Source of the DNA: Luteitalea sp. | GTDB lineage: Bacteria > Acidobacteriota > Vicinamibacteria > Vicinamibacterales > Vicinamibacteraceae | Assembly: GCA_035503395.1 (NCBI GenBank) | Contig: DATJTM010000487.1 | Span: 1 to 46,877, forward strand | Direction: 5' to 3' | Length of the DNA: 46,877 nucleotides | Shown here: positions 19,209-27,359 of the stretch, piece by piece | How the letters are laid out: every line of letters begins with the position of its first letter | How positions within the stretch are numbered: position 1 is the stretch's first letter | Position numbers and translations under genes: made by a program | Notes under the pieces: model-generated | The model's database searches: none | The model's input: the letters and a program-made list of their open reading frames with translations, nothing else | What the model was told of the DNA's origin: nothing

Positions 19209-19468
19209 TGCCCGCCTCCCGCGTGGACGCGCAGGAACGTCAGAGAGGCCGCCGAGGGCCCGAACTGCCGCCGCGCCCGCGACCAGAGATCGGCCGCCTG
19301 CGCCGCCGGGCAGTAGTCCGGATCGATGCAGCCGCAGTCGCCGCGGGAGGCAGCGCCGTGCCGCCGCAGGTGGGCCACCATCCGGTCGTGCCACACGCAG
19401 AGATCGTCGACCAGGTCCGCCGTCACGTCGTCGCCGGCCGCCATCAAATACCGATAGGGAGTCGTCAC
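19205..19468 (-). CDS. Small Cys/His-rich hypothetical protein (87 aa)
   Basis: GTG with GGGAGAGG upstream; motifs WHDRMVAH, DCGCIDPDYCP, LTFLR; coupled to the downstream gene. Confidence 0.65.
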   Translation of the reverse strand: MTTPYRYLMAAGDDVTADLVDDLCVWHDRMVAHLRRHGAASRGDCGCIDPDYCPAAQAADLWSRARRQFGPSAASLTFLRVHAGGGQ

Positions 19469-19831
19469 GCCAATGCACCTCTCCCGCGACGGGCGCGAAC
19501 GTGCCTGAGCACGCGCGGGCATCCGCACGGGTCACCGTCGGACGGAGTCCAACGGCTACACAATTCGAATCAGCTTGCAGTGAGGGGGCCGAGGTCGCCG
19601 GCAGTCGCTCGGAAACGAGCGGGTCCGCTACCGACGACCGGCGATCGGGAAGATGCGACGGCTCATGTCGAAGGATTCGACGTTCGTCCGCACGAGCTGA
19701 GCACTACGCTGCGATCGCATGCGATGAGACCTGTTGTCACCGTAGCGCGTTGGGCGGCGCGGGTCAACCTCACTCGTGTCGAGACGGCCTTCGTCGGTCG
19801 GCCGTCGGCCTTCGACTTCGTCGTTCGTCGT

Positions 19832-20698
19832 TCAGGGTTGTGCGGCGGCATCCGGCAGGATGTCGACGAAGACCTCGGCGCTCTTGACGGCGTTGCCGAG
19901 TGGCAGGCGCGTGAACAGCTCGAAGGGCACCGACGTGCCGGGTGCGATGGCGTCGGGCATGCGCTTGGGGTCGAGGCGCGGGACGCCGACCAGCACGTCC
20001 AGCACGTGACCCTGGTCGTCACGGAGCAGCGCGGTCAGCGTGAGCGCATCGGGCCGGATTGGGGTGCCGGCAGTCACGGTCACTGTCCCCGAGACACGGT
20101 AGCCGCGCAGCGTCGAGCGCGATCGCGTCACGGTCGTCGTCACCATCGTCGCGGGCCAGGCACATGGTGAGCGATCGACCTTGGCGCGCGTATCCACCCA
20201 TTCGATCGTCGCCGCGGCCGGCTGGCCGGCCTCGACGATCTGAAGCAGGTAGCCGGACGGCCTGGTCTCGAAGTCGTCGTTCCGCTTCAGACGAAATCGG
20301 AAGGGTAGCGTGCCGTCCGGGCTGACCTGCGACACGCGCGCCTCGCTCTCGACCGGCGGTCCCAGGGGACGCCACTGGTGGTCGGTGTACTGCAGGAAGG
20401 CGCGCACATCTTTCGCGCAGCGGCCGGTGTTGGCCAGTGCACCGACCAGCACACCGACCTTCGCGTTCTCATCGGTCACCCCGGAGTTACGCAGTGGCCT
20501 GACGTCGAGGCCGGCGCTGGTGAGGATGCGGCCGTTGGTCGGCAAGGCCACCCAGTCGGGCAGGACCGCACTGACCACGGTGGACCGCTCCACCGTCGGC
20601 ATCGACATCTGCGACAGCGACCCGGTCGATTGCGCGCACAGCGCCGCGCCGCCGAGTACCCACCCGACCGTCACGAGCCTGACGTGCATGGTGCGCAT
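19832..20698 (-). CDS. Secreted hypothetical protein with beta-sandwich-like domains
   Basis: Signal peptide (VRLVTVGWVLGGAALCAQ); beta-rich body; directly downstream of the ABC permease. Confidence 0.65.
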   Translation of the reverse strand: MRTMHVRLVTVGWVLGGAALCAQSTGSLSQMSMPTVERSTVVSAVLPDWVALPTNGRILTSAGLDVRPLRNSGVTDENAKVGVLVGALANTGRCAKDVRAFLQYTDHQWRPLGPPVESEARVSQVSPDGTLPFRFRLKRNDDFETRPSGYLLQIVEAGQPAAATIEWVDTRAKVDRSPCAWPATMVTTTVTRSRSTLRGYRVSGTVTVTAGTPIRPDALTLTALLRDDQGHVLDVLVGVPRLDPKRMPDAIAPGTSVPFELFTRLPLGNAVKSAEVFVDILPDAAAQP

Positions 20699-20714
20699 TC
20701 TGGCACGGTCCTGA

Positions 20715-21668
20715 TCACGCCACCGCCCGCCGCCGTCGGCGCCATCCGTCGACAACCACGGCCGCGACGATGACGGCACCGGTGACCACGCGCTTGAGCG
20801 GTTCGCTGGCACCTGCCTGCGCGAGACCGGCCTGCAGGACGGCAATGATCAACACGCCCAGGAAGCTGCCGACGACACTGCCGCGCCCACCCATCAGGCT
20901 CGAACCGCCGATGACGACGGCGGCAATCGCCGACAGTTCGAGCCCGAGGCCGGCGTTGGGATCGGCCGACTCGAGATAGGCGACGTGGAACACGCCCGCG
21001 ACGCCAGCCAGGATGCCCGCCAGGGCGAACACCGCGATCTCCACCGGCCGCGGGTCGATGCCCGCGAGACGGACGGCTTCCCGATTGGTCCCGATGGCGA
21101 CGACGTAGCGCCCGAACACGGTGCGCGTGAGCAGCATCTGCGCCAGCAGCACCGTCGTCAACGCGACGAGCACCGCCGTCGAGACGCCGAGCCACGGCCA
21201 CGGTGCGCCGATCGCATCCAGCCGCGCGCCGACGAACACCGATCGGGAATCGGTCACGAGGTACGCGAGCCCGCGGGCGATCTCGAGGGTGCCGAGCGTG
21301 ACGATGAACGAAGGGACCGAGAAGCGAACGGCCACCAACCCGTTGAAGAGGCCGGACAGCATGCCGCAGGCGGTGGCGGCAGCGAGTGCCACAGGCAGCG
21401 GCCACTGCCACTCGGTGAGCGCGACGGCGAGCACGGCAGCGGCGCACGCCATGACCGACCCGACGGACAGGTCGATGCCGCCGGTGATGATGACGAGCGT
21501 CATGCCGACTGCGGCCATGGTCAGGGCCGGCACCTGGTTGGCAATCGTCAGCAGCGTGACGCGACTCACGAAATGGCCCGTGGACAGGCCGAACACGAGG
21601 ATCAACGCGGCCAGCACGACGACGAGTCCCGTCGACTCTCTGCGGAGGATGCGGGCGATGGTCGTCAT
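20715..21668 (-). CDS. rbsC: Ribose/monosaccharide ABC transporter permease
   Basis: GGIDLSVGS, VPSFIVTLG, FGRYVVAIGTN..RLAGI, LELSAIAAVVIGGSSLMGGRG. The symbol is family-level; the substrate is not proven. Confidence 0.92.
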   Translation of the reverse strand: MTTIARILRRESTGLVVVLAALILVFGLSTGHFVSRVTLLTIANQVPALTMAAVGMTLVIITGGIDLSVGSVMACAAAVLAVALTEWQWPLPVALAAATACGMLSGLFNGLVAVRFSVPSFIVTLGTLEIARGLAYLVTDSRSVFVGARLDAIGAPWPWLGVSTAVLVALTTVLLAQMLLTRTVFGRYVVAIGTNREAVRLAGIDPRPVEIAVFALAGILAGVAGVFHVAYLESADPNAGLGLELSAIAAVVIGGSSLMGGRGSVVGSFLGVLIIAVLQAGLAQAGASEPLKRVVTGAVIVAAVVVDGWRRRRRAVA

Positions 21669-23245
21669 CGCGCCGCCGCCAGCACGTCGCCATCCTGCGG
21701 CGCGAAGGCGGCCGCCTGGAGGTCCACGTCGCGCCACGCGCCTCGGGTGAAGGTACCAGTGACGCGGCCCCGCGCCATCACGACGATGCGATCGCAGAGC
21801 GTCGTCAGTTCGTCGAGCTCGCTGGACGCCACCAGCAGGGCGCGCCCGGCCCCCGCGAGCGCGCGGAGCTCGGCGTGAATCGCGGCCCGCGCGCCGACGT
21901 CGACGCCCCGGGTGGGTTCGTCGACGAGCAACACCGGCGAGTCGCGGAGCAGCCAGCGCGCCACGACCACCTTCTGCTGGTTACCGCCACTCAACTCGCC
22001 CACCGGTTGCTCGATCGACCGACAGCGGACGTCGAGTGGAGCCAGCGCCGTCGTCGCCGCCGAGGTCTCGCGTCCCGTGTCCACGAACCAGCGCCAGCGC
22101 GCGAGGCGACCGAGCGACGACAGCAGCACGTTGCTGCGGACCGGCAGGGAACCGAGCAGCGCGTGGGCAGCGCGGTCCTCGGGGATGAGCCCGATGCCAG
22201 CGCGCACCGCGTCCATCGGCGAGCGTATCGACAGTGGCGGACCGTCGGCGCGGCGAACGTCGCCCGCGTCGTGTGGGTCGGCGCCATAGATCGCGCGGAG
22301 CAGTTCGGTCCGCCCCGCCCCCACGAGGCCGTACAGGCCGACGATCTCGCCCGCGTCGACTGACAGGCTCACGTCGCGCACCGCGGTACCGTGCGACAAG
22401 CGCGAGACCCGCAGGGCCACCCGACGTTCGTGCTCGGATGTGTCTGGTGGCCTGTCACGCGCGACGGTTGCCGCTACCGAGCCGGCCGGCACGCTCGGTG
22501 CGGCGGGGACTGCGGGCGGGACCATCGCGGCAACGAGCCGGTCGCGAGTGGTGTCGGCGACGGCCCGCGCCTCGACGACCCGACCATCGCGCAGGACCGT
22601 GACGCGGTCGCCGATCGCCAGAATCTCGTCCAGCCGATGACTGATGTAGAGGATGGCCATGCCGGCGCTGCGGAGGTCGCGCAGGTGGTGCAGCAGGCGT
22701 TCGGCGTCGGCGTGCCCGAGCGCGGCCGTCGGCTCGTCGAGGATCAACACACGGCACTCGCCGGCCAGCGCGGCAGCAATCGCGAGCAGCTGCCGCTGCC
22801 CCACACCGAGCGCCGCGACCGGCGAGGTGGGATCGATGTGGCCCAGGCCGAGACGCACCAGTGCCGATGAGGCCTGCTCGTGCAGACGGCGACGGGCGAC
22901 GATGCCACCGCGGTGCGGCAGGCGACCGAGGAACATCTGTTCGGCGACGCTCAACGTAGTGATCGCCGGCGCCTCCTGCGGGACCAGCCGCACGCCGAGG
23001 TCCTCGGCCTGGCGGCGCGAGGCCGGATGGTACGGCACCCCACCGAGCCGCATCGTCGCGCGGTCTGGCGACAGCAATCCCGTGACGATTCGCGTCAGCG
23101 TCGACTTACCGGCGCCATTGGCGCCAACCAGCGCGTGGATCTCGCCCGCCCTCACATCGAGGTCGACGCCAGACAGGACAGGCGCGGCGTAGGCCTTGTG
23201 AACGTCACGCACCTCGAGCGTAGCGACGGCATTCCCGTCCATCAC
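21665..23245 (-). CDS. rbsA: Monosaccharide ABC transporter ATP-binding protein (two NBDs)
   Basis: Walker A GANGAGKST, LILDEPT; second domain GLVGAGRTE, LSGGNQQK, DEPTRGVDVGA. Confidence 0.93.
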   Translation of the reverse strand: MMDGNAVATLEVRDVHKAYAAPVLSGVDLDVRAGEIHALVGANGAGKSTLTRIVTGLLSPDRATMRLGGVPYHPASRRQAEDLGVRLVPQEAPAITTLSVAEQMFLGRLPHRGGIVARRRLHEQASSALVRLGLGHIDPTSPVAALGVGQRQLLAIAAALAGECRVLILDEPTAALGHADAERLLHHLRDLRSAGMAILYISHRLDEILAIGDRVTVLRDGRVVEARAVADTTRDRLVAAMVPPAVPAAPSVPAGSVAATVARDRPPDTSEHERRVALRVSRLSHGTAVRDVSLSVDAGEIVGLYGLVGAGRTELLRAIYGADPHDAGDVRRADGPPLSIRSPMDAVRAGIGLIPEDRAAHALLGSLPVRSNVLLSSLGRLARWRWFVDTGRETSAATTALAPLDVRCRSIEQPVGELSGGNQQKVVVARWLLRDSPVLLVDEPTRGVDVGARAAIHAELRALAGAGRALLVASSELDELTTLCDRIVVMARGRVTGTFTRGAWRDVDLQAAAFAPQDGDVLAAAR

Positions 23246-24189
23246 GGTTTGGTGACGACGTCGACCGGCGTTTCGCGATCGGCGGGCGTCGTACCGCCAC
23301 CGAGCAAGCTCAACGCGTATTCGATGCCGTACACCGCCAGCTGATCGCCATGCTGGTCGGCGGTCGCCAGGACTCGCCCGTCGTCGAGCAGCTGGCGCAC
23401 GGCGGCGATGTTGTCGAAGCCGACGACGTGCACCTGGCCGGTGCGTCCCGCCTGCCGGACCGCGGCCGCCGCACCGAGCGCCATCGAGTCATTGCTCGCG
23501 AGCAGGGCTTTCAGGCCGGCGTGCTCGCGCAACAGCGCCGCGGCAATCGTGTTGGCGCGGTCCTGCTCCCACTGGCCGCTCTGCACGCTCACGACGGTCA
23601 TGCCGGCTGCCGTCATCGCCTCCTCGAAGCCGAGGCGACGCTGCTGGGCGTTGAACGCTGTCGGAATCCCTTCGAGGATCGCCACCTGGTCGCCCCGCGT
23701 CAGCCGCTGCGCGAGCACCTCTCCCACCTTCCTGGCGCCGGCGCGATTGTCGGGACCGACGAAGGGCACCGTCAGGCCGGCATCGGTCAATGTCTTCGCG
23801 TCGAGCTTGTTGTCGATGTTCACGACGACCACTCCCTGCGCGCTCGCCCGCTTCAACACCGGCACGAGCGCGCGCGAGTCGGCGGGCGCGATCACGATGG
23901 CGCGGACCTGCTGGGCCAGCATCTGCTCGACCAGCGCCACCTGCTGCGTCACGTCGCTCTCGTTACGGATGCCGTTGACGATCAGCTCGTACTGCGCCGC
24001 GTGTGCGGCCTGGTGCTTGCGGGCGGCATCGGCCATCGTCACGAAGAACTCGTTGGCGAGCGACTTCATGACGAGCGCCACGCGGGGCGTCGCCGATGGC
24101 GCCTTCGCGCTGTCCGGCGACGGCGAGCCACACCGAGCCGCACCGAGCGCCACGCACAGGACCAGCGCCACCGCCACACGTCGTCTCAT
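23242..24189 (-). CDS. rbsB: Monosaccharide ABC transporter substrate-binding protein
   Basis: Signal/lipoprotein-like N-terminus; KSLANEFF, IAPADS, VGPDN, NDSMALGA, VVGFDN. ATG 24189 (alternative 24198). Confidence 0.92.
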   Translation of the reverse strand: MRRRVAVALVLCVALGAARCGSPSPDSAKAPSATPRVALVMKSLANEFFVTMADAARKHQAAHAAQYELIVNGIRNESDVTQQVALVEQMLAQQVRAIVIAPADSRALVPVLKRASAQGVVVVNIDNKLDAKTLTDAGLTVPFVGPDNRAGARKVGEVLAQRLTRGDQVAILEGIPTAFNAQQRRLGFEEAMTAAGMTVVSVQSGQWEQDRANTIAAALLREHAGLKALLASNDSMALGAAAAVRQAGRTGQVHVVGFDNIAAVRQLLDDGRVLATADQHGDQLAVYGIEYALSLLGGGTTPADRETPVDVVTKP

Positions 24190-24227
24190 GGGCGACATCC
24201 TATCTGGGAGTTGCCGGCACATCACTG

Positions 24228-24338
24228 GAAATGGCGAAAGGGCGAAAAGTTCAAGAAGCGCGAGCACCTTGCCATGCAACGAAGGGCAACTTGTCCTTTT
24301 GGCGCTCTTGGCCCTTTTCGAACTTTTCGCCCTTTTGC
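24228..24338. repeat. Inverted array of degenerate ~9-nt repeats in the rbsB/VCBS divergent promoter
   Basis: Perfect 16-bp inverted repeat AAAGGGCGAAAAGTTC (24237-24252) / GAACTTTTCGCCCTTT (24320-24335). Confidence 0.8.
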
Positions 24339-24363
24339 TGTGCTGATCTAAGGTTTGTCTTCG

Positions 24364-26352
24364 ATGTTGCGATCGGTGTTGACGGCAGGCAGCCTCGCAG
24401 GACTCGTCGTGCTGGCGCAGGCGCAGGAGGCGCCGCTGCAGCCACTCGCCTACAACAATCCCGGGCTGACGGTCGATCTCGGTGTTGGCCTGTGGGCATG
24501 GCCGATCCCATGGGACGTCGATCGCGACGGCGACGTCGACCTCGTGGTGTCCTGCCCCGACAAGCCGTCGAATGGCGTGTACGTGTTCGAGAACCGCTCC
24601 GGGCCCGGCGTCGAGATGCCGGTCTTCGCGCCTGGACAGCGCATCGGGCCCACGCAGCACTACGTGACGCCGTCGTACGTCGATGGCGGCCTGCGCGTGC
24701 TGCGTATCAACACCGAGTGGCCCGACGTGCTGCAGTCCGGGCTGACGCCAGGCCGAGAATTCACGCTGCCCTTGCCGGTGACGGCACACACCACGCTGTT
24801 CGGCCAGCAGCCGAAGGGACCGAAGATTCGCCACAACGTCTGGAAGTACGTGGATTTCGACGGCGACGGCGCCCTCGACATCGTGCAGGCAGCCGAGGAC
24901 TGGAGTGACTACGGCTGGGACGACGGCTACGACGCGGCCGGCCGATGGATTCACGGCCCCCTGCACGGCGTGCTGTACGTGCTGCGCAACCAGGGTTCCA
25001 CGGCCGCACCGGCGTACGCGGCACCGGTCTCGCTCGAGGCTGGCGGTGTACGACTCGACCAGCCGTTCGGCAATCCGGTCCCCAACTTCGAGGACTTCGA
25101 CAAGGACGGCGACCTCGACCTGCTGACGGGCGAGTTCCTCGACGGCTTCACCTACTACGAGAACGTCGGCACGCGCACGCGGCCACGTTACGCCGCTGGC
25201 CGGCCAGTGCTGAAGCCGGACGGCGACCGGCTCCGCATGGAGCTCGAGATGATCGTGCCGGTCGCCTTCGACTGGAACCGCGACGGGCACGTCGACCTGA
25301 TCGTCGGCGACGAGGACGGGCGGGTCGCGTACGTGAAAGGGACCGGACGCCTCGACGCCACGCGGACGCCGACGTTCGAGGCGCCGCGCTACTTCCAGCA
25401 ACAGGCCGACACGCTGAAGTCCGGCGCGCTGGCGACACCGGCCACCGTCGACTGGGACGGCGACGGCGATCTCGACATCCTGAGCGGCAACACGGCCGGC
25501 TTCATCGAGTTCTTCGAGAACCTCGGCGCCACGGGCGTGGCACTGCCGCGGTGGGCGGCACCACGCCGTCTCGAGGCCGGCGGCCAACCGTTCCGGGTCA
25601 TGGCAGGCCCGAATGGGTCCATCCAGGGACCGATCGAAGCGAAGTGGGGTTACACCACCCTCAGCATCGGCGACTGGGACGGTGACCACTTACCCGATCT
25701 CGTCGTCAATTCGATCCGTGGCGAGGTGATGTGGTTGCGCAACGTCGGCACGCGGCGGGCGCCACGACTGGCCGCTCCCGAAGCGGTCGAGGTCCAGTGG
25801 GCCGGTGCCCAGCCGCGGCTGGCGTGGGGCTGGAAGGCGCCGCAAGGCAAGGCGCTGCTGACGCAGTGGCGGACGACGCCGGTCATGCACGACTTCACGG
25901 GCGATGGCGTGACTGACCTGGCGATGCTCGACACGGAGGGCTACCTCACCCTGTTCGAGCGGGCGGTCGTCGATGGCCGACGGGTGCTGCGACATCCGCA
26001 GCGACGGTTCGTGGACGAGGCCGGCGCGCCCTTGCGCCTCAACGCCCGCACCGCTGGCGGCAGCGGTCGCCGCAAGATCGCCGTCGTCGACTGGAACGGC
26101 GATGGGCGGTTCGACCTGCTCGTGAACTCGGCCAACGCCAATCTCCTGCTGCAGGTCAGCGATCGCGACGGGCGCTGGTGGTTCCGCGATGCCGGGCCCC
26201 TCGCCCAGCGCAACATCGAAGGGCACGACGTGAGTCCGGCCGTGGCCGACTTCGACGGCGACGGCGTGCCGGACTTCCTCGGCGGCGCCGAGGACGGTCG
26301 CTTCTATCACCTGCAGAACCCGCGGAGCGCCAGCAGCGTCGGCAGTCGGTGA
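24364..26352 (+). CDS. Secreted FG-GAP/VCBS repeat protein
   Basis: Signal peptide ending AQA-Q; many DxDxDGxxD motifs (DVDRDGDVD, DFDGDGALD, DFDKDGDLD, DWDGDGDLD, DFDGDGVPD). Confidence 0.9.
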   Translation: MLRSVLTAGSLAGLVVLAQAQEAPLQPLAYNNPGLTVDLGVGLWAWPIPWDVDRDGDVDLVVSCPDKPSNGVYVFENRSGPGVEMPVFAPGQRIGPTQHYVTPSYVDGGLRVLRINTEWPDVLQSGLTPGREFTLPLPVTAHTTLFGQQPKGPKIRHNVWKYVDFDGDGALDIVQAAEDWSDYGWDDGYDAAGRWIHGPLHGVLYVLRNQGSTAAPAYAAPVSLEAGGVRLDQPFGNPVPNFEDFDKDGDLDLLTGEFLDGFTYYENVGTRTRPRYAAGRPVLKPDGDRLRMELEMIVPVAFDWNRDGHVDLIVGDEDGRVAYVKGTGRLDATRTPTFEAPRYFQQQADTLKSGALATPATVDWDGDGDLDILSGNTAGFIEFFENLGATGVALPRWAAPRRLEAGGQPFRVMAGPNGSIQGPIEAKWGYTTLSIGDWDGDHLPDLVVNSIRGEVMWLRNVGTRRAPRLAAPEAVEVQWAGAQPRLAWGWKAPQGKALLTQWRTTPVMHDFTGDGVTDLAMLDTEGYLTLFERAVVDGRRVLRHPQRRFVDEAGAPLRLNARTAGGSGRRKIAVVDWNGDGRFDLLVNSANANLLLQVSDRDGRWWFRDAGPLAQRNIEGHDVSPAVADFDGDGVPDFLGGAEDGRFYHLQNPRSASSVGSR

Positions 26353-26432
26353 GCGCGACGCGAAATGGCTCCTCCGACTTACGTCTCGACGAGCCGTAAC
26401 TGCGGATGTGAGTGACGCCAGTCCGCGTGCAC

Positions 26433-27083
26433 CTACCGCTTCGTGTAGATGACGAAATAGCGGTCGGTATACAGCGCGAACGATGCGCTCCGTTCGAGCC
26501 CCGCCGCCGTCGCCCACTCGTTGGTCTGCGCTTCGCTGACGATCAGCTCCGGCTGCTGCTGATGCGGCGATCCCTGCGGCGTGTACTCGACGATGGCGAG
26601 CCGCCCGCCCTTCTTCAGGTGCCGCGCGACGTTCTTCATGTACGTGGCGCGGTCCTGCACGTGGTGCAGCACGTCGTTCATCAACGCGAGGTCGACCGCC
26701 TGCGGCAGCAGCGGATCGGTGAACGAGCCGAGCACCGTCTTGACGTTGGCCAGCCGCGACTCCTGCGCGCGCTTCGCGATGTGGTCGAGCAGGGCCTTGT
26801 CGATGTCCGACGCGTAGACCGTGCCGCGCGGCCCGGTCGCGAGCGCCAGCGGCCCGGTCAGGACACCCGACCCGGCGCCGACGTCGGCGACGACCATCTC
26901 CTTCTGCACACCGAGCCGCTGAATCAGCTCCGGCACCTTCATGCCGGCAATGCGCTCCGGGCTGTCGAGCGTGGCAATCCACTGCTCGGCGGGACGGACG
27001 CCGACCTGGGCATGGGCCGCGGACACGGCAACGACGAGACACGAGAGCGACAGCAGAATGCGGCGGACTGGGCGAACGATCAC
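26433..27083 (-). CDS. Class I SAM-dependent methyltransferase with N-terminal signal peptide
   Basis: VADVGAGSG, VYASDID, DVLHHV, LKKGGRLAIVEY; signal ILLSLSCLVVAVSAAHAQ. Confidence 0.85.
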   Translation of the reverse strand: MIVRPVRRILLSLSCLVVAVSAAHAQVGVRPAEQWIATLDSPERIAGMKVPELIQRLGVQKEMVVADVGAGSGVLTGPLALATGPRGTVYASDIDKALLDHIAKRAQESRLANVKTVLGSFTDPLLPQAVDLALMNDVLHHVQDRATYMKNVARHLKKGGRLAIVEYTPQGSPHQQQPELIVSEAQTNEWATAAGLERSASFALYTDRYFVIYTKR

Positions 27084-27230
27084 GGTGGCGATTCTACGTC
27101 GCAGGCCATGCGACCAGGCAGGGCTTGGACAGGCGGCCGATCCAGGACTATGCCTGTCGCTGGTTCGCAAACAGCTTCCGGTGGTACGTCCAATCACGGA
27201 AGCTCATCCCGGTGTGGGCAGCCGACATGA

Positions 27231-27259
27231 TTGACCCCGGATGGGATTAATGCTATCTC
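27231..27259 (+). promoter_or_regulatory. Possible sigma70-type promoter for the TonB-dependent receptor
   Basis: TTGACC-17 nt-TATCTC with TG one base upstream of the -10; the -10 is imperfect. Confidence 0.35.
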
Positions 27260-27359
27260 CGTCGCACACACTAGCCAGTTCTCGTGGCCGTCGTCCGACC
27301 ACCGCTCCACTTCGGGCGGCCTGGACGACCTGCCGCTCACCGCCCCCTGGGGAGGCCGA

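Noticed and set aside
19598-19640. c-di-GMP-I riboswitch resemblance (GGCA..GAAA..GGG)
   Set aside because: It lacks the GCAAA and GACGCAAAG consensus and has no downstream gene on that strand; kept only as an unassigned structured-RNA candidate.
24190-25689. 815-aa version of the sugar-binding protein ORF
   Set aside because: The extension is the antisense of the VCBS gene plus repeats; the signal peptide and -10 element place the start at about 24189.
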